Origin: Cyanophora paradoxa CCMP329
Lineage: Eukaryota > Plantae > Glaucophyta
Length of the DNA: 64,000 nt
Assembly: GCA_004431415.1 (NCBI GenBank)
Contig: QPMI01000428.1
Location: forward strand, 372,001 to 436,000
Reading direction: 5' to 3'
In this document: one piece after another, positions 26,301 to 38,703 of the stretch
Position numbering within the stretch: the stretch's first letter is position 1
Layout of the letters: each line of letters starts with the position of its first letter
The notes under the pieces: model-generated
The model's input: only the letters and a program-made list of their open reading frames with translations
Databases searched by the model: none
Told to the model about the DNA's origin: nothing
Position numbers and translations under genes: made by a program

Positions 26301-29300
26301 CGGTCGACGTTCCAGCACGCGATGCGCATGGTCTCGTTGACGACGAGGCGCGGGGCGGGCGGGTCGCCCGCAAAGTCCGTCGGGTCGAAAACGTTGCAGA
26401 AGGGGGCGCCGGGGTTCATTTCGGCTGCGCATTGCATATGGTGAGATAAAAAAGCCCGCCATAGATCATGCGTACTGCTATATAGATATCTCATGGGTTT
26501 CTTAGTTCTTATGCCGAACCATTAGATTGGAACGAGATGTTGTAAGAGCGTGGATCAATCACATCCATCGAAGACCGCAGAGTTGCTTGATTCCGGACCC
26601 TCATATTGAACGTTACTGGATTGTGTTCCGAGTGCCCTGAAAGTTGAAGAGAGGTTGTTGCTTGAATATCTCGAGGATACGAGTAGCTTAAGATGAACGT
26701 GAAATTTCCTGTTGGTGCAGTACCGTAATTGTAGAGAGATGCGATTGATCGTGGTACAAGTGCAGTCACGAGCGGTAGATACATGTCATGCGCGGAATCA
26801 AAAATGAATGTGTAGTGAGTATACCTTAATCCACCTCCCGACACAGCTGAAAATGTGTCCATTATGGGAATATTGAAGCAGTCGAACGCCACAGCTGAAA
26901 ATTCCTTCACAGCTGACGGCCAGTTGCAGAACGCCTCGTTATCTGCTCAGAGAAATTTCAATTTATTGTGCTACGGAAACTGTTTGCTGATACAATATTC
27001 CGAACGAACGCACTTCGCTGAAGCTGCCCTTCAACAACGGCGATATTTCGGGGACTGGGGACCGTCTCTCCACTTGTTTCGTCTACGAACCGCAGCCCGA
27101 ACGGCCCGCGCCCCAGCGCCAGCGCCTCCGCCACGACCGACGGCTCGACGTAGACGACAGCCGTGTACTTGCGCGTGCCCGTCGCCCCGAACTTTACATC
27201 CGCGGGCTGGTTGATGTTGGATTGTGAGAATTGAGAGCTGTCCAGTCCGGCAGGAAACGAGAAGGGCAGCTTGGCGAGGGGCTGCCCGTCGGCGGTATCG
27301 AGGTAGACGAAGCTGTGGTACTGCGGATACTCGATTCCGCAAGGGTTCGAATAACTCGGGGATCCTTCGAGGCGGGGCTCCATATAGTAGAGGTATGCCT
27401 GAAAGGCGGCGGGTAGCTCGTAGCAGGTGATGGCGTTGTAGCGACCGCTGGTCAAGGTCGAGGGCCACTCGCAGGAACCCGCCAGCGGGTAGAAGCAGCG
27501 TTCCGAGACATGGTAAGAATAGCTTGAATCCGAGAACTGCCCGCTGGTAGGATTCCGTATCCGCAAAGTATAAATATTATTCGAAATGCTGTACTGGAGA
27601 TTGGGGTCCGTGACCGGCGGCATCGTGAGGTTAAAGGAGCCTCCGCCAGTTTTTATTTCCGGAGTGACGTCGAGCTGAATGATTGAAAAAGGACCATCAG
27701 TGCAAAGCGCGCGAATTCGAATGGCTCGCACAGCGGCAGAGAACGCACTGTTGCGACAACTCGACCGTATGCATACGAAAAGATCTCGACTGTCGCAGCT
27801 GCGACGGCGACAGACGCCGACGAGTACGACACGGAGACGGTGCTTCCGGGGAAGGCGCGCGGTCCGCTCAGGTAGGGCGAGCCGGCCAGCGGGTCTACCG
27901 GATTAACAAGGGAAAGCTTGAAGTTACAGATGCCGAGACCTGCGTAGCTCCGGTGTAAAACTACGCTAACAAAACAAGTTCATTAAGAAAAGCGCACTTC
28001 CACTGCAAGAGGATCCACCTGTCAAAGAACTTGGGCGTGAGAATTCGGATACAAGACTTGAATTCGCACGCGGACCTCCCGTGTACGTAAAGCTTAGCAG
28101 AGGACTGGACGTCTGCCCCGAGAAGAACACTTGTTCTCCGGGAGCGCTGCTAGTCTGCCGTGCAAGACCGTCCTTCACGGTTTGAATTCGCGGCACGACT
28201 GTCAGGAATCCAAGCCCGCTCGGCTGGGCCTGGCTGGCAAGTTGGGCGGCCACGCTACTGGAGCAGTCAAAGACAAATGGGTCCGCCAGGCGCGCGGGGT
28301 TGCAGCCCTGCACAAGAGAAGCGATGGTGGGACCATAGTAATTCGTAAGGCCGTTGACATCGGAGGCGCGAAGCTGGACTGCTTGATTTGAGACCGGATT
28401 CACGAAGAACATTGCAAGATGGATGCTGACGCCCGTGCAGTTGACACGGAAGCCGCTCGAAGAGTCGATGCTGGTCGGCCAAGTGCACGTTGGCGTGACG
28501 ATCTCTGCGCGCGATAATTGAGCCATTTCGAATTCCCACGACGATTCGCCAAAAAGCTCTACCAGCAGACCTGCAACGGGGAATGGCTCGGAAGTGTAGT
28601 TAGCATATTGATTTTTAACGAAAAGGCTGAAGGGGCCGTCTGCGGAGTGCAGCGCCCACCAGTCGAAAGGGATTCGCAACGAGAGAACAGTCGGAGAGGA
28701 TGTCTGATAATTGTCCGGCATTGAGATGCCAACCTCGTGCCCCCCCGAATCGCGAAGTGCCAAGACGAGCTTGAATATGTAGGGGCTGTCGACGTTCCAG
28801 CAGGCGATGCGCATGGTTTCGTTGACGACGAGGCGCGGGGCCGGCGGGTCGCCCGCAAAGTCGGTCGGGTCGAACACGTTGCAGAAGGGCGCGCGGAGGT
28901 CCGTGGGGGCTGCGGTATAGTCGACGATGTCATTATCAATAAATAATCTCCGCGTATATAGAGTGCGGGGGCGTGCGGACCATCTGCTGCAAACATAGAT
29001 ACATTATAGAGTCTTGTGTCAGTCACACCCATTGACGACCGGAGTATATTCGGGTATAATTCATCCGATGCTCGTAAGCTAAACGCGACTGGATTGTGGT
29101 TCGAGTGTTCTGCAAGACCGACCGCCGCCTTGATTTCCGTGGTGCTAGGATAGGCATACTCGAAAACAAATGTGAAGTTTCCCCTCAGCATGTTGCCATC
29201 ATTATAAAGCGAAGAATACGACCGCGGGACGAAAACAGCCTTCGAGGGCAGAAATGTGTCGCGTGCAGAATCGAACATGAACAAGCGGGAATTAGACTCG

Positions 29301-32300
29301 GACAATGGGTTCCATCCGCGCATGTATTGTCCGATTGCGGCATCAGATATCGGTACGTTGAAGCAGTCGAACGCAATCGCAGTGTATTCCTGCAATGCTT
29401 TTGGCCAATTGCAGTATGCACTTTCATCTGCGTAGGAATTATATCAAAGAATCCGTACAATGTATAGAGAACCGGCTAGCACATGAACGCACCCAGCGGC
29501 GCAGCCAGCGCGGTGATATTCCGCGGGCTGGGCACTGTTTGGCCAGTCATCCCGTCCACGAACCGCAGCCCGAAGGGGCCGCGCCCCTGCGCCAGCGCCT
29601 CCGCCACGACCGACGGCTCGACGTAGACGGCCGCCGTGTACTTGCGCGTGCCTATAAAGCCGCGAATCACTTCGTCGGGCTGGTTCATATTGGAGTCGGG
29701 AAAGGCCGTGTCGTCGAGCTGAGAGGGGAATGAGAAGGGCAGCTTGGCAAGGGGCTGGCCGCTGGCGTCGTCCAGATACACGAAGCTGTAGTACTCCGAA
29801 TAGGAAATTCCGCAAGGATGGGCGTAGGTTGCTGAGATGAGCCGTGCCTCGCCATAGTAAAGGTACATCTGGAAGGCGGTCGGGAGCTCATAGCACGTAA
29901 TCGCATTGTAGCGGCCGCTGGTCAAGTTTGAAGGCCAGTCACAGGAGCCAGCCAGCGGGTAAAAGCATCGATCAGAGACGTGGTACACAGGTGCGGAGTC
30001 CGAGTACAATCCGGTAGCAGGATCCAGTATTCGCAGAAATAATGTGCGGTCCAGGCTGGACGATTGATAGATAAGTGGGGGTACTAGAATGTTGAAGGAG
30101 CCTCCTGTAGTTTGAATTGAAGGAGACGTAGTAACCTGAGCACATATTCAATACGTCGAGAACTACAAGACCGAATGACCGCAATGCGAAAAGAAATCAA
30201 GACGCACGTTTGCAACGATTTGATGCGGATATTGCACAACGATCTGGACGGAAGCTGAGGCCACGGCCACAGACGCCGACGAGTACGTCACGGAGAGCGT
30301 GCTGCCGGGGAAGATGCGCGTTCCGCCGGGGCTCAGGTATGGCGTGCCGGCCAACGGATCCTCCGGGTTCACGAGCTGGAGGCTCAGACCGCAAATGCCG
30401 AGGCCTGCGCCCACGACGAGCCCCAACATAAACCAATCGTTTGTTTTATGCAAGCTTGCGATCATGCATATGTGTGCATGATCAATTACGAGACGTACCA
30501 CCAGAACAACCTCCGGATCCCGGTGGCGGTGGTGATCCCGATCCCGATCCTGTTCGTGATTGGCGCTTATATAATTAGCCCGCAGATACATAGAGCTCGC
30601 AGCCGGACGAGCCGCGCGCGCGCTGACCGCCTGTGTATGTGAAGCTCATGACGGGGCTGGATGTCTGCCTCGAGAAAAACACCTGCTCGCCAGGCGAGTA
30701 AGGGCCTTGAGAAGCCAGCCCGTCCTTGACGGTCTGGATGCGAGGTATGACCGTGAAGAAGCCCTGGCCCCCTCTGCCCTGCCCCTCGCTGGCAAGCTGG
30801 GATGCCACCGTGCTGGAGCAGTCGAAGACGAAAGGGTCTGCCAGGCGCGCAGGGTTGCAGCCCTGGACTATGTCAGCGACGACGCTGCCGTAGTTTGTGT
30901 ACATCGAGAGGCCGTCGACGTTCGAAGCGTCGAGACGGATAACTTCGGATGAGAACGCATAGAAAAGGGCGAGGTGAACGGCAACGCCCGTGCAGCTGAC
31001 AGTGAAGCCCTGGGACGAGTCGACGCTGGATGGCCACGTGCAGCTCGGCGTGACGATTTCTGCATGCGATATATAAGTGAGCCCATTCCCCCAGAAGATT
31101 GGTCAACGAGCTCTAACAGCGGACCTGCAACGGGGAATGGCACGGAAGTGTAGTTGGCATACTGGTTTGCAGAGAAGAGACTGAAGGGTCCGTCGGCGGA
31201 GTGCAGAGCCCACCATTCGGGAGGGATCAGAAGAGAGACGATGGTCGCATAGTACGGATCGGAGGGGTTATTTGAATATTCCTCCGGCGTGGAGATGCCG
31301 ACCTCGTGCCCCCCCGAATCGCGAAGTGCCAAGGCAAGCTTGAACGTGGACGGGCTGTCAACATTCCAGCACGCGATGCGCATGGTCTCGTTGACGACGA
31401 GGCGCGGGGCCGGCGGGTCGCCGGCAAAGTCGGTCGGGTCGAACACGTTGCAGAAGGGGACGCGCGAGCTTGTATCGGCTGCCGCAGTGCAGCCGTGTTT
31501 AAAAATCAGATCACTTATGATAATATAAAATGTATGACTTCAATGAAGGATCAGATGAGAAAAGCGCACCGCCCAGCGACACGTTGAAAGAACGTGAATC
31601 GGCAACTCCCATAGTAGACCGCAGACCATTTCCATCGGAAACTCTCAAGCTGAACTTCAGTGGATTGTGGTCCGCGTGATCCGAAAGCGGCAATGAGCTG
31701 ACGGATCCGATAGCATATCCGGTCACAAACGTAAAGTTTCCTCTCAGCGCATCGCCGTCATTGTAAAAGGATGCGAACGATCGCGGGACAAAAACAGCCA
31801 TTAACGGCAGGTAAGTATCATGTGCAGAATCGAAGACGAAAGTCATGTAATAATGGGCTGTAGGATCCGTAATGAGCATGTTGTAGCAATCGACCGCCAC
31901 CGCAGTGAGCTCCGGCAGTGCTGCCGGCCAGCTGCAGTACGCGCTCTCATCTGCGAATGAACGCAGAACGATGAGAACAATTGCGTTTGCAACCTTTGAT
32001 TTATTAAGGAGACCAGTAGGGGCGCACCCAGCTGCCCCTCGACAACGGTGATGTCTCGCGCGCTGGACAACGTCGCTCCGCTTGTCGCATCCACGAACCG
32101 CAGGCCGAAGGGGCCGCGCCCCTGCGCCAGCGCCTCGGCAACGACCGACGGCTCGACGTAGACGGCCGCCGTGTACTTGCGCGTGCCCCAAGCGCCGAAT
32201 TGTACCCCCGCGGGCTGCACAGAGTTACTGACGGAGCCCGAGAAAATGGGAGCACCGTCGAGGAGCAGGGGAAACGAGAAGGGGAGCTTGGCCAGGGGCT

Positions 32301-33178
32301 GCCCGTCGGCGGCGTCGAGGTAAACGAAGCTGTAGTACTGCGGATGGAGAATTCCGCACGGGTTGGGGTACTGCTCGGATACCAGGCGCGGCTCCATGTA
32401 GTAAAGATAGGCTTGAAAGGCGACCGGGAGCTCGTAGCAGGTGATGGCGTTGTAGCGGCCGCTGGTCAAGGTCGATGGCCACTCGCAGGAGGCGGCCAGC
32501 GGGTAGAAGCAGCGCTCTGTGACGTGGTAGAAGAAGTTGTAGCCAGTGTCCGAGGAGAGCCCGCTTGCAGGATCCCGAATTTCTAATCTGTAATAATTAG
32601 CATGAACGTTGTACTGGAGATCCGGATCTGTGATGTTTGGCATCGTGAAGTTAAAGGAGCCTCCGCCAGTTTGAATCTCCGGCGTGACGCCGAGCTGAAT
32701 GATCATGACGTAAAATTAACCGCAAGTGCAAATTGCGCGAATATAATGGCTCGCACAGCGGCGGCAGAGATTTAGCACGCACTGTTGCGACAACTCGACC
32801 GTATGCGGGCGAAAAGATCTCTACTGTCGCAGCCGCAACGGCGACAGACGCCGACGAGTACGAAACGGAGAGGGTGCTTCCCGGGAAGGCGCGCGGTCCG
32901 CTCAGGTAGGGTGAGCCGGCAAGCGGGTCCACAGGATCGACGAGCTGTAGCGTCAGGCCGCTCATCGAGAGACCTGCAGCGCCCGAATTCTTCGTCACAC
33001 GAAGGCGCATGCATCTGAAATTTAAACGCATGCATGCGTAATAACAACACGCGATCAGAGGCTGAAGCATACCAACTGTATAGCCGCTGCTGATCAAGAC
33101 CAGGCAGGCAATCAGAAGAAAAGCAGCCGGCGCCGATTGCTCTGCGTTCCGAAGGCAAAAGCGAGTCAACATGTACAT
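17360..33178 (-). CDS. giant multi-exon membrane protein (gene B; est. >4,000 aa): signal peptide, 4 large tandem repeats, Pro/Ser/Thr stalk, PKD-like domains, TRP-like multi-pass C-terminus
   Basis: First exon MYMLTR...AAFLLIACLVLISSGYTVG|gtatgc. PKD/K319L-like motifs FELDGSASS...CSWS...AGSYRFVLNVS and YWRQRSGP...EGTYVFEFTARN. TM segments LFWGSVLVLGLWALRGLAVLAF, AAAFLL|ILVPLSFLLWSSIYL, QLVTLLAVCGAHWLYLLLSQPFIDR|FLNV. Stop at 17360-17362. One junction near 19105-19142 could not be resolved. Confidence 0.75.
22920..32975 (-). repeat. four tandem ~2.4-2.6-kb coding repeats, each with five exons
   Basis: Units ~32975-30630, ~30400-28075, ~27940-25545, ~25355-22920. Each contains DPLAG(S/T)PYL, RCFYPLAxSCxWPSxLTSGRYNAITCYELP, GTRKYTAxVYxEPSVVAEALA, PFCNVFDPTDFxGDPPAPRLVVNETMRIACWN and GCNPxRLADPFxFDC...GEQVFFS. 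Confidence 0.95.
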
Positions 33179-34271
33179 TCGTGATCATATACAAACATAA
33201 CGCTCCGTTCCGCCGCGGCGCAGCTGCAGGCCTCGGACTCACGTGCAGATCTAGATGCATATGCTCGCAATGAAGTCTCGGCCATTCCACTCGCAGATCT
33301 AGATCTAGACTCTGGTCCGAATCCACATCCATATGCATATGCTTGCTGCTGTTCACAATATTCGGATCCAGCTACAGATCCATATCGATATCTAGAGCGA
33401 CGCATACACATGTACATGGATGCTTTGGGCAGCTGCATGCGCAGTGGCCAGCTGATGTGTCCATATGCATGGCCCATGCCCACCAAGGGCCGCTCCGCGG
33501 GCCGCCGGCTGCGATGGCTGGCCATATCAGTGCATGGCCGTGCGTATATGCACCGGGCCGGCGCACGGCCCGTGGCAGCCTCGGCCCACGGCCGGAGGCC
33601 CGGAGCTGCGGTTGCACTGCAGCAATATAATCGCCGGCGCCGAGAGTCGACGGCCGCCGGAGAGGAGGTCTTGGCCAGCTATAGCCGGCTCATTAGCCGC
33701 TGCACGAGCCTGGGAGGTGCTGCGCGCCGCGCGCGCAAACATGAATCTCGCGCGCTGCCCAGGCACTGCCAGGCAGCCGCTGAGCTCAGCGGCTTTATTC
33801 GAGTTGGATCCGATTTCCGAAGCGCCGACCCGCGCGGCCGCCCGCCGCGGCGCGCACTGCAGACAATCGCCGCCGCAACAACGGACAACTTGGCAACCGA
33901 ATCGCCGCGGCGCGCGTACAGCGGCGCACTACGGTAGTCTCGTCCGATGGTCGGTAGACGGCGGACTCGAGCGCAGCTCCCGGCCCAGTCCCGGGTCCCG
34001 GGAATCGATCGATGTCGATAATATGACTCGATATCGCCGCGGCCCGCCGCCGGGCCGCCGGCGCCTGCCGGCGCTGCCAGGCTGCCGCAGGCCCGGCGCG
34101 GCCGCCGGGCGGCGCGGGCGCGGGCGGCGCCGCCGCGCCGGGCGGCGCCGGCCCGGCGGGCCCGCGCGGCCGCCGGGCGGCGCCGGCCGCCGGGCCGGGC
34201 ACTGCGGCGGGCAGCCGGCCCCGGGAGGCGGCGCCGGCGGCCGGGCAGCGCGTGACTCAGTGACTCCGATA

Positions 34272-34530
34272 CCGTAAAACACTTAAGTAGTGCGGGCACT
34301 TAAGTAATGCGGTCCCGAAATAATGCGTTTTTCGCTGGCAAAACGCATTAATTTGGGGGCGCATTAATATCGAAGTGCTACGCCGGCGCTAAGAAAATTG
34401 CGGTATGTACCCCCCTCACGCAGCCAGAAGGCTTCAAAACGCATTAATTCGGGGGCGCATAATTAACCGAACTGGGGGTCCGGGTCCAAAAACGCATTAC
34501 TTACCGGCGCATTACTTAAGTGTTTTACGG
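34272..34530. mobile_element. Tc1/mariner/pogo-type MITE (259 bp)
   Basis: Perfect 18-bp TIR CCGTAAAACACTTAAGTA (34272-34289 / 34513-34530) flanked by TA on both sides. Internal cgcattaat subrepeats and no ORF. Confidence 0.9.
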
Positions 34531-34759
34531 TAATGAGTCCGATTCATCATCAAAGCTTGCAATTTGCAAATGCAAGTTTGCAACTCCCGGCGTCTCCCGC
34601 GGGCCGCGGCCGGCGCCGAGCCCTGAGGGCCCCTGACCAATCAGATGAGCCTGTTATTCGGCTGTTACCTGACACCTGCATGCGGCCGTTTCGATGGCGC
34701 ACTGGCCAGTCACTGCATTCCGAGATCACGTGCACTATGCACGGCCTGGTACCCGCCTT

Positions 34760-35295
34760 CAGTGATGGCATTCTTTCTAGAAACATTTTTTAATTCTATT
34801 CCAGGAATAATTCCTAGAATGATTCCTGGAATGGTGCTGGGAACGCCGTTCTTTCAGGAATTGTTCCGAATAAGGGGGGGTACTAGTACTTGTTCGTGCA
34901 TGGGATTTTTCGCCAGAACGCAGCACACAGCGTCCAGCAGAGCGCGCCCGCATCGCAAATCGATGTCTGGTGAGAACGAGGGCTCAGCTGGCCCGCCGGA
35001 GTCGCCTCCGCAAGCGGTCTGCCCGACGACGTCGACGTCGACGACGACAGCTCGAGCTCACTGTTGCACCTTCGAACGCATGAATATGCTTCAATATTTA
35101 ATGCTTGACAGTTCATACAGTGGTCTCGGAAAGCGGGGAGGGGCTGACAGGGCGGGGCTGGGCCGGCATAGCGTGTATCATATTATGAGGGAAGGGTTTC
35201 TAGAAACAATAAAGAATTCGGAATCTTACTAGGAATATTCCAGGAATTATTCCTAGAATGGGCAGTTTTTCGGTTAATTCGGAATAACATCACTG
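34760..35295. mobile_element. hAT-type non-autonomous element (536 bp)
   Basis: TIR CAGTGATG(GC/TT)ATTC and 8-bp TSD CCCGCCTT at 34752-34759 and 35296-35303. Subterminal ggaat/attcc repeats. Confidence 0.9.
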
Positions 35296-35314
35296 CCCGC
35301 CTTAGGGCCGCCTA

Positions 35315-36109
35315 CCGTCGGCCCGGCGTCGGGCACTAAATTACTGCGGCGTTAATTAACGCGGTTTCAAAAATGGCCGGCCTCTGAGCGAAATCCCGCG
35401 GTACCAAATACGCGGTTTTAAAAACTTTGAAATTTGAGGCTTGTATGGGGCAGTAATTTCAGGGGTACTGTATGGGGCGACTTCTCGCAGCAAATTACCG
35501 CGGCACCAAATTACCGCGTTTTAACAAACGTTTGGCGCGTTAATTTGGTACCGCGTAGGCTTGCGACTAGCTCGGAGCCCCCCCGGCTCTAGTCAAGTCA
35601 AGCCGCCCGGACTCCTGGCTCTAGCCGCTAGCTAGTTTGGCTAGCGGACTCCCTGGAGGCCTAGGCGCCTTCGGCGCCTAACTAGCCGGCTAGCTAGTTT
35701 CGGGCTTCTCCCCCCCCCTCTAGCCGCCTCTAGTCCCGCGAAAAGCACGTCTTTCGTGTTGTTGAACGCGAAAACATGCTCGCAGTCACCTTAACGTCAC
35801 CTTGACACTCTTTTGAGGCTCCAAATCACAAGTTTTACACTCTTTCTTAGCCAGTTTTCCCCCTTTATGTACCCCTTCTGAGGGGTAGCTCCCCCCTGGG
35901 GGCCCGGCTGGCCGCCGGCTGGCCAGTCGGCTAGCCTGATGGCCCGCTAGTCGGGCTGGCCAGCCGACTAGCGTTCCCAAGAGGGCGGCTAGAGTCGCGG
36001 GCCGAGGGCCGCTAGTCAAGCCGGCTAGCTAGTCGGCTTGACTAGAGCCGCAAGCCTAGTACCGCGTTAGTTAAGCTTTAAGTGCCCGCGGTACTTAAGT
36101 GCCCTACGG
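35315..36109. mobile_element. TA-flanked MITE related to the 34272 element, interrupted by a nested hAT element
   Basis: Ends TA|CCGT...GGGCACTAAATTACTGCGG and CCGCGGTACTTAAGTGCCCTACGG|TA form imperfect TIRs that share the GCACTTAAGTA motif with the 34272 element. About 284 bp after removing the insert. Confidence 0.7.
35556..36058. mobile_element. nested hAT-type non-autonomous element (503 bp)
   Basis: TIR TAGGCTTGCG...CGCAAGCCTA and 8-bp TSD GTACCGCG at 35548-35555 and 36059-36066. CTAG-rich subterminal repeats. Confidence 0.9.
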
Positions 36110-36916
36110 TAGAACCCGATAGATCTTTTCTTCTTAATTATAACGATGATCATGAGTCATCACTCCTCAGGGCCTGAGTGAGGCTGAGTCCTGATAATGA
36201 TCATGATCATGAGCTGCTGAATTGCTAAAGCCTTTAAGCTTAAGCTGAAGATCATCGGATCATGATTATCGGATTGGAGTCAATTGCAACTTGCAACTCT
36301 AACTTGTCTCTAAGTTGCAAGCCTGAATTGAAGTCGCTGAGCCTTAAAGCTCTTTTATAGCCTTCGGAGATGTGCCATGCATATGGGCCATGGCCACCCC
36401 CGCGCGCCGGTGTGATCGACGCCACCCGCGCCGGTGTGACCGACGCCGGCGCCCACGTGCCACGGTTCAGACTGGCGCCGCGTCTCGAGCTCATCCGAGG
36501 CTCTGATCATGGCCATGCGGCCTATCCGAGCAAATGTTTTTTTAATCATGGCCATGCGGCCTGCCACTGCATGGGCCAGGCTGGCCTGCACTAGCTATAG
36601 TGGGCACGCAAGGCGGGTGCGAGATTGAAGGGACTCGGAAGCGAAGTCTGTATCAAATTAAAGAGAGGAGGAGGAGGAGAGGAGGAGGGGGCCCGGGGAG
36701 GGAGCCGGGGGGGGAGGGGGGGGGGGACCAGGGTGGCCAAGCTGCCACTTGGCACTGGTCACGGCGCGCGCGCGCGCCACTGGCGACTTTTCCTCTCTCA
36801 GCGCCCTCGAACTCCGCCTTTTCCGCGGCGGGGTAATTATAACGCTCGACACCAGGACCGGAGGGGCCGTGCCATGCATATGGCCAGGGCGCCGGCTGCG
36901 CACGGCTGCCGTACGC

Positions 36917-38703
36917 CCACCCTCCCCCGACCGTCCAGCCCTCCCGCGCTCCCCAACTGTGCTTGAGTCTACCCCGCCTCGCCCTGCAGGGCCCGCCACC
37001 CCCCTCCCTCCCGGTGCTCGCTACGCCCAAGAACTCGCCTCTCAGCTCGCTGACCTGGCCCGCAACGAAGCTTCCGCAACAGCACGCCGTCTCTTCCGGC
37101 CGTCCCACGTGACCCCACTCGAGGCGGCGACCATCCTAGCTGAAGCCGCTCACCGCGACGCCGCCCAGCCGCCACCACGGTCCGCCAAAACATCTAAAAC
37201 GGCCGCAAAGAAAGAGGCGGCCCGGACCCCGGCCAAGAACCGTATCCCGAACCCAGCCTATACTCCTGACAACTGCCACAATGACGCCGTTGACAAGCTT
37301 GCCAAAGCGGCCCCAGACGCCCCCCTCTCAGCCCTTCTCTTCATTCCCCACAGTTTCAAATGCTTCCTCATCCGCGTCGGCCTCCCGCCCCCGTCATCCC
37401 AAGGCCCAGTTCCAGGAGCCGAGCCCTACAGAGGCAGACTCCATGCATACCGCGTTGAGGGGGACCCCCGCTCTCACTTCCTAGCCGAAGCCTCCCTCTC
37501 CCAATACCTCGACTGGCGCCAGCTTCGCAACGCGGGGGCCGTCCTCAGCAATCCTCACGTTACCCTCGCCCCAGCCCTCTCCCTCGTGTCCGACAAGCCA
37601 CCGGACCGCCGTACCCCCACAGGCGATCACCTCCGCAAAGTCAGATTCCAGTGCATTCTTGGAGGCCTCCCCTCCCTCACCATCCGCCTCCTCCACGACC
37701 CCGACCTATACGGCCCTCTCTTTCCTGACGGTATCGCCCACTGCCCCTTCTGTCACCTCCCCCCCACCCCTGCCCCAGTCCCCGAGGACCCTACTTCCCC
37801 ACCCCCACCCTCCCCGCCCCCTGCCACGTGCACCCCCCCGGGCTCCCCCCCGCCCTCTTCCCCACCGAGGGCCGCAGACCCCAGACAGCCCGACCCTACA
37901 ACCCACCCCCCCGAAGACTTCATTCACATATTTACTTGCCCCGCCGCTCGCCTCCTCCTCAAGCTCTCCAGGACGCACTCGTGACCTTCCTCCGCACCCG
38001 GGTTCTCCGCCACTCGCCCAAACCCTTAGGACACGACGATACTATTTTTCAACTCTTTCCCTTCCTCCGCCTCGTCTCCCCTGACCCCGCCTCTCCCCTC
38101 CAATCCGCCCTCCTCTCCCCCACCGAAAATCCGGCCCTTTTCCGCCCCCCAGGTCTCACCGATACCCTATGGACAAAGCTTAGCCCGGCCTTGGCTGACA
38201 TGCTCCCCTTCCCCGCCCCTGCCCTCCTGCGCCTCGGTACCCCGGCAGGATTGCCCGCCCTCTGCGCAGCCCTGGGCATCAACAAGACCACCACAATGTC
38301 AATCCAAAAAGATTTAGCGCTACTCCTCGACCAACACCTCCGTGCGATCTGGAGGGACCGCTGCGCCCGCAACCACGCCTGGGAGCTCCGACAAGGCATC
38401 ACTGACAGAACCAAACGTCGATACCGCAAACATGCCGACACCAAACCCCCCCGCTCGCCGCCAGTACAGCCGCCTAGTCCCCCCCTCCCCCCCGCCCCCC
38501 CCGCCCCCTCCCTCCATGATACCATCTCCATCACTGACTTCTGCTGCGGATTGGACTCGGAAAGCCAACCATGGGTTCTCCTGGAAAATTTCCGCCAGGC
38601 AATTGCACGACTCCCTGCCTCCTCCTCGCCCCAGACCGCCCCTCCCCCCAGGCCCCCCCTCCCCCCAGCCGCCCAATGCCGGCACCGTAGCCATGACATC
38701 TGA
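36917..38703 (+). pseudogene. C-terminal fragment of LINE pol (RNase H end, zf-RVT-type Cys/His motif), RT domain absent
   Basis: HNDAVDKLAKAA resembles the RNase H 'GNExADxLAK' helix. VEGDPR, GGLPSL...HCPFCH...EDFIHIFTCP and AIWRDRCARNHAWELRQGI follow. One frameshift near 37955-37965. Confidence 0.75.

Noticed and set aside
22920-32975. Diversity-generating retroelement acting on gene B repeats
   Set aside because: Differences include indels and all base types rather than adenine-specific changes, and no template repeat or DGR reverse transcriptase is present.
1-34270. Genes A and B as cargo of one giant TIR element; 12-bp inverted match GTTGCCAAGTTG at 68-79 and 33886-33897
   Set aside because: The flanks are similar in composition only. 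A 12-bp match is expected by chance at this scale, and there is no TSD or transposase.
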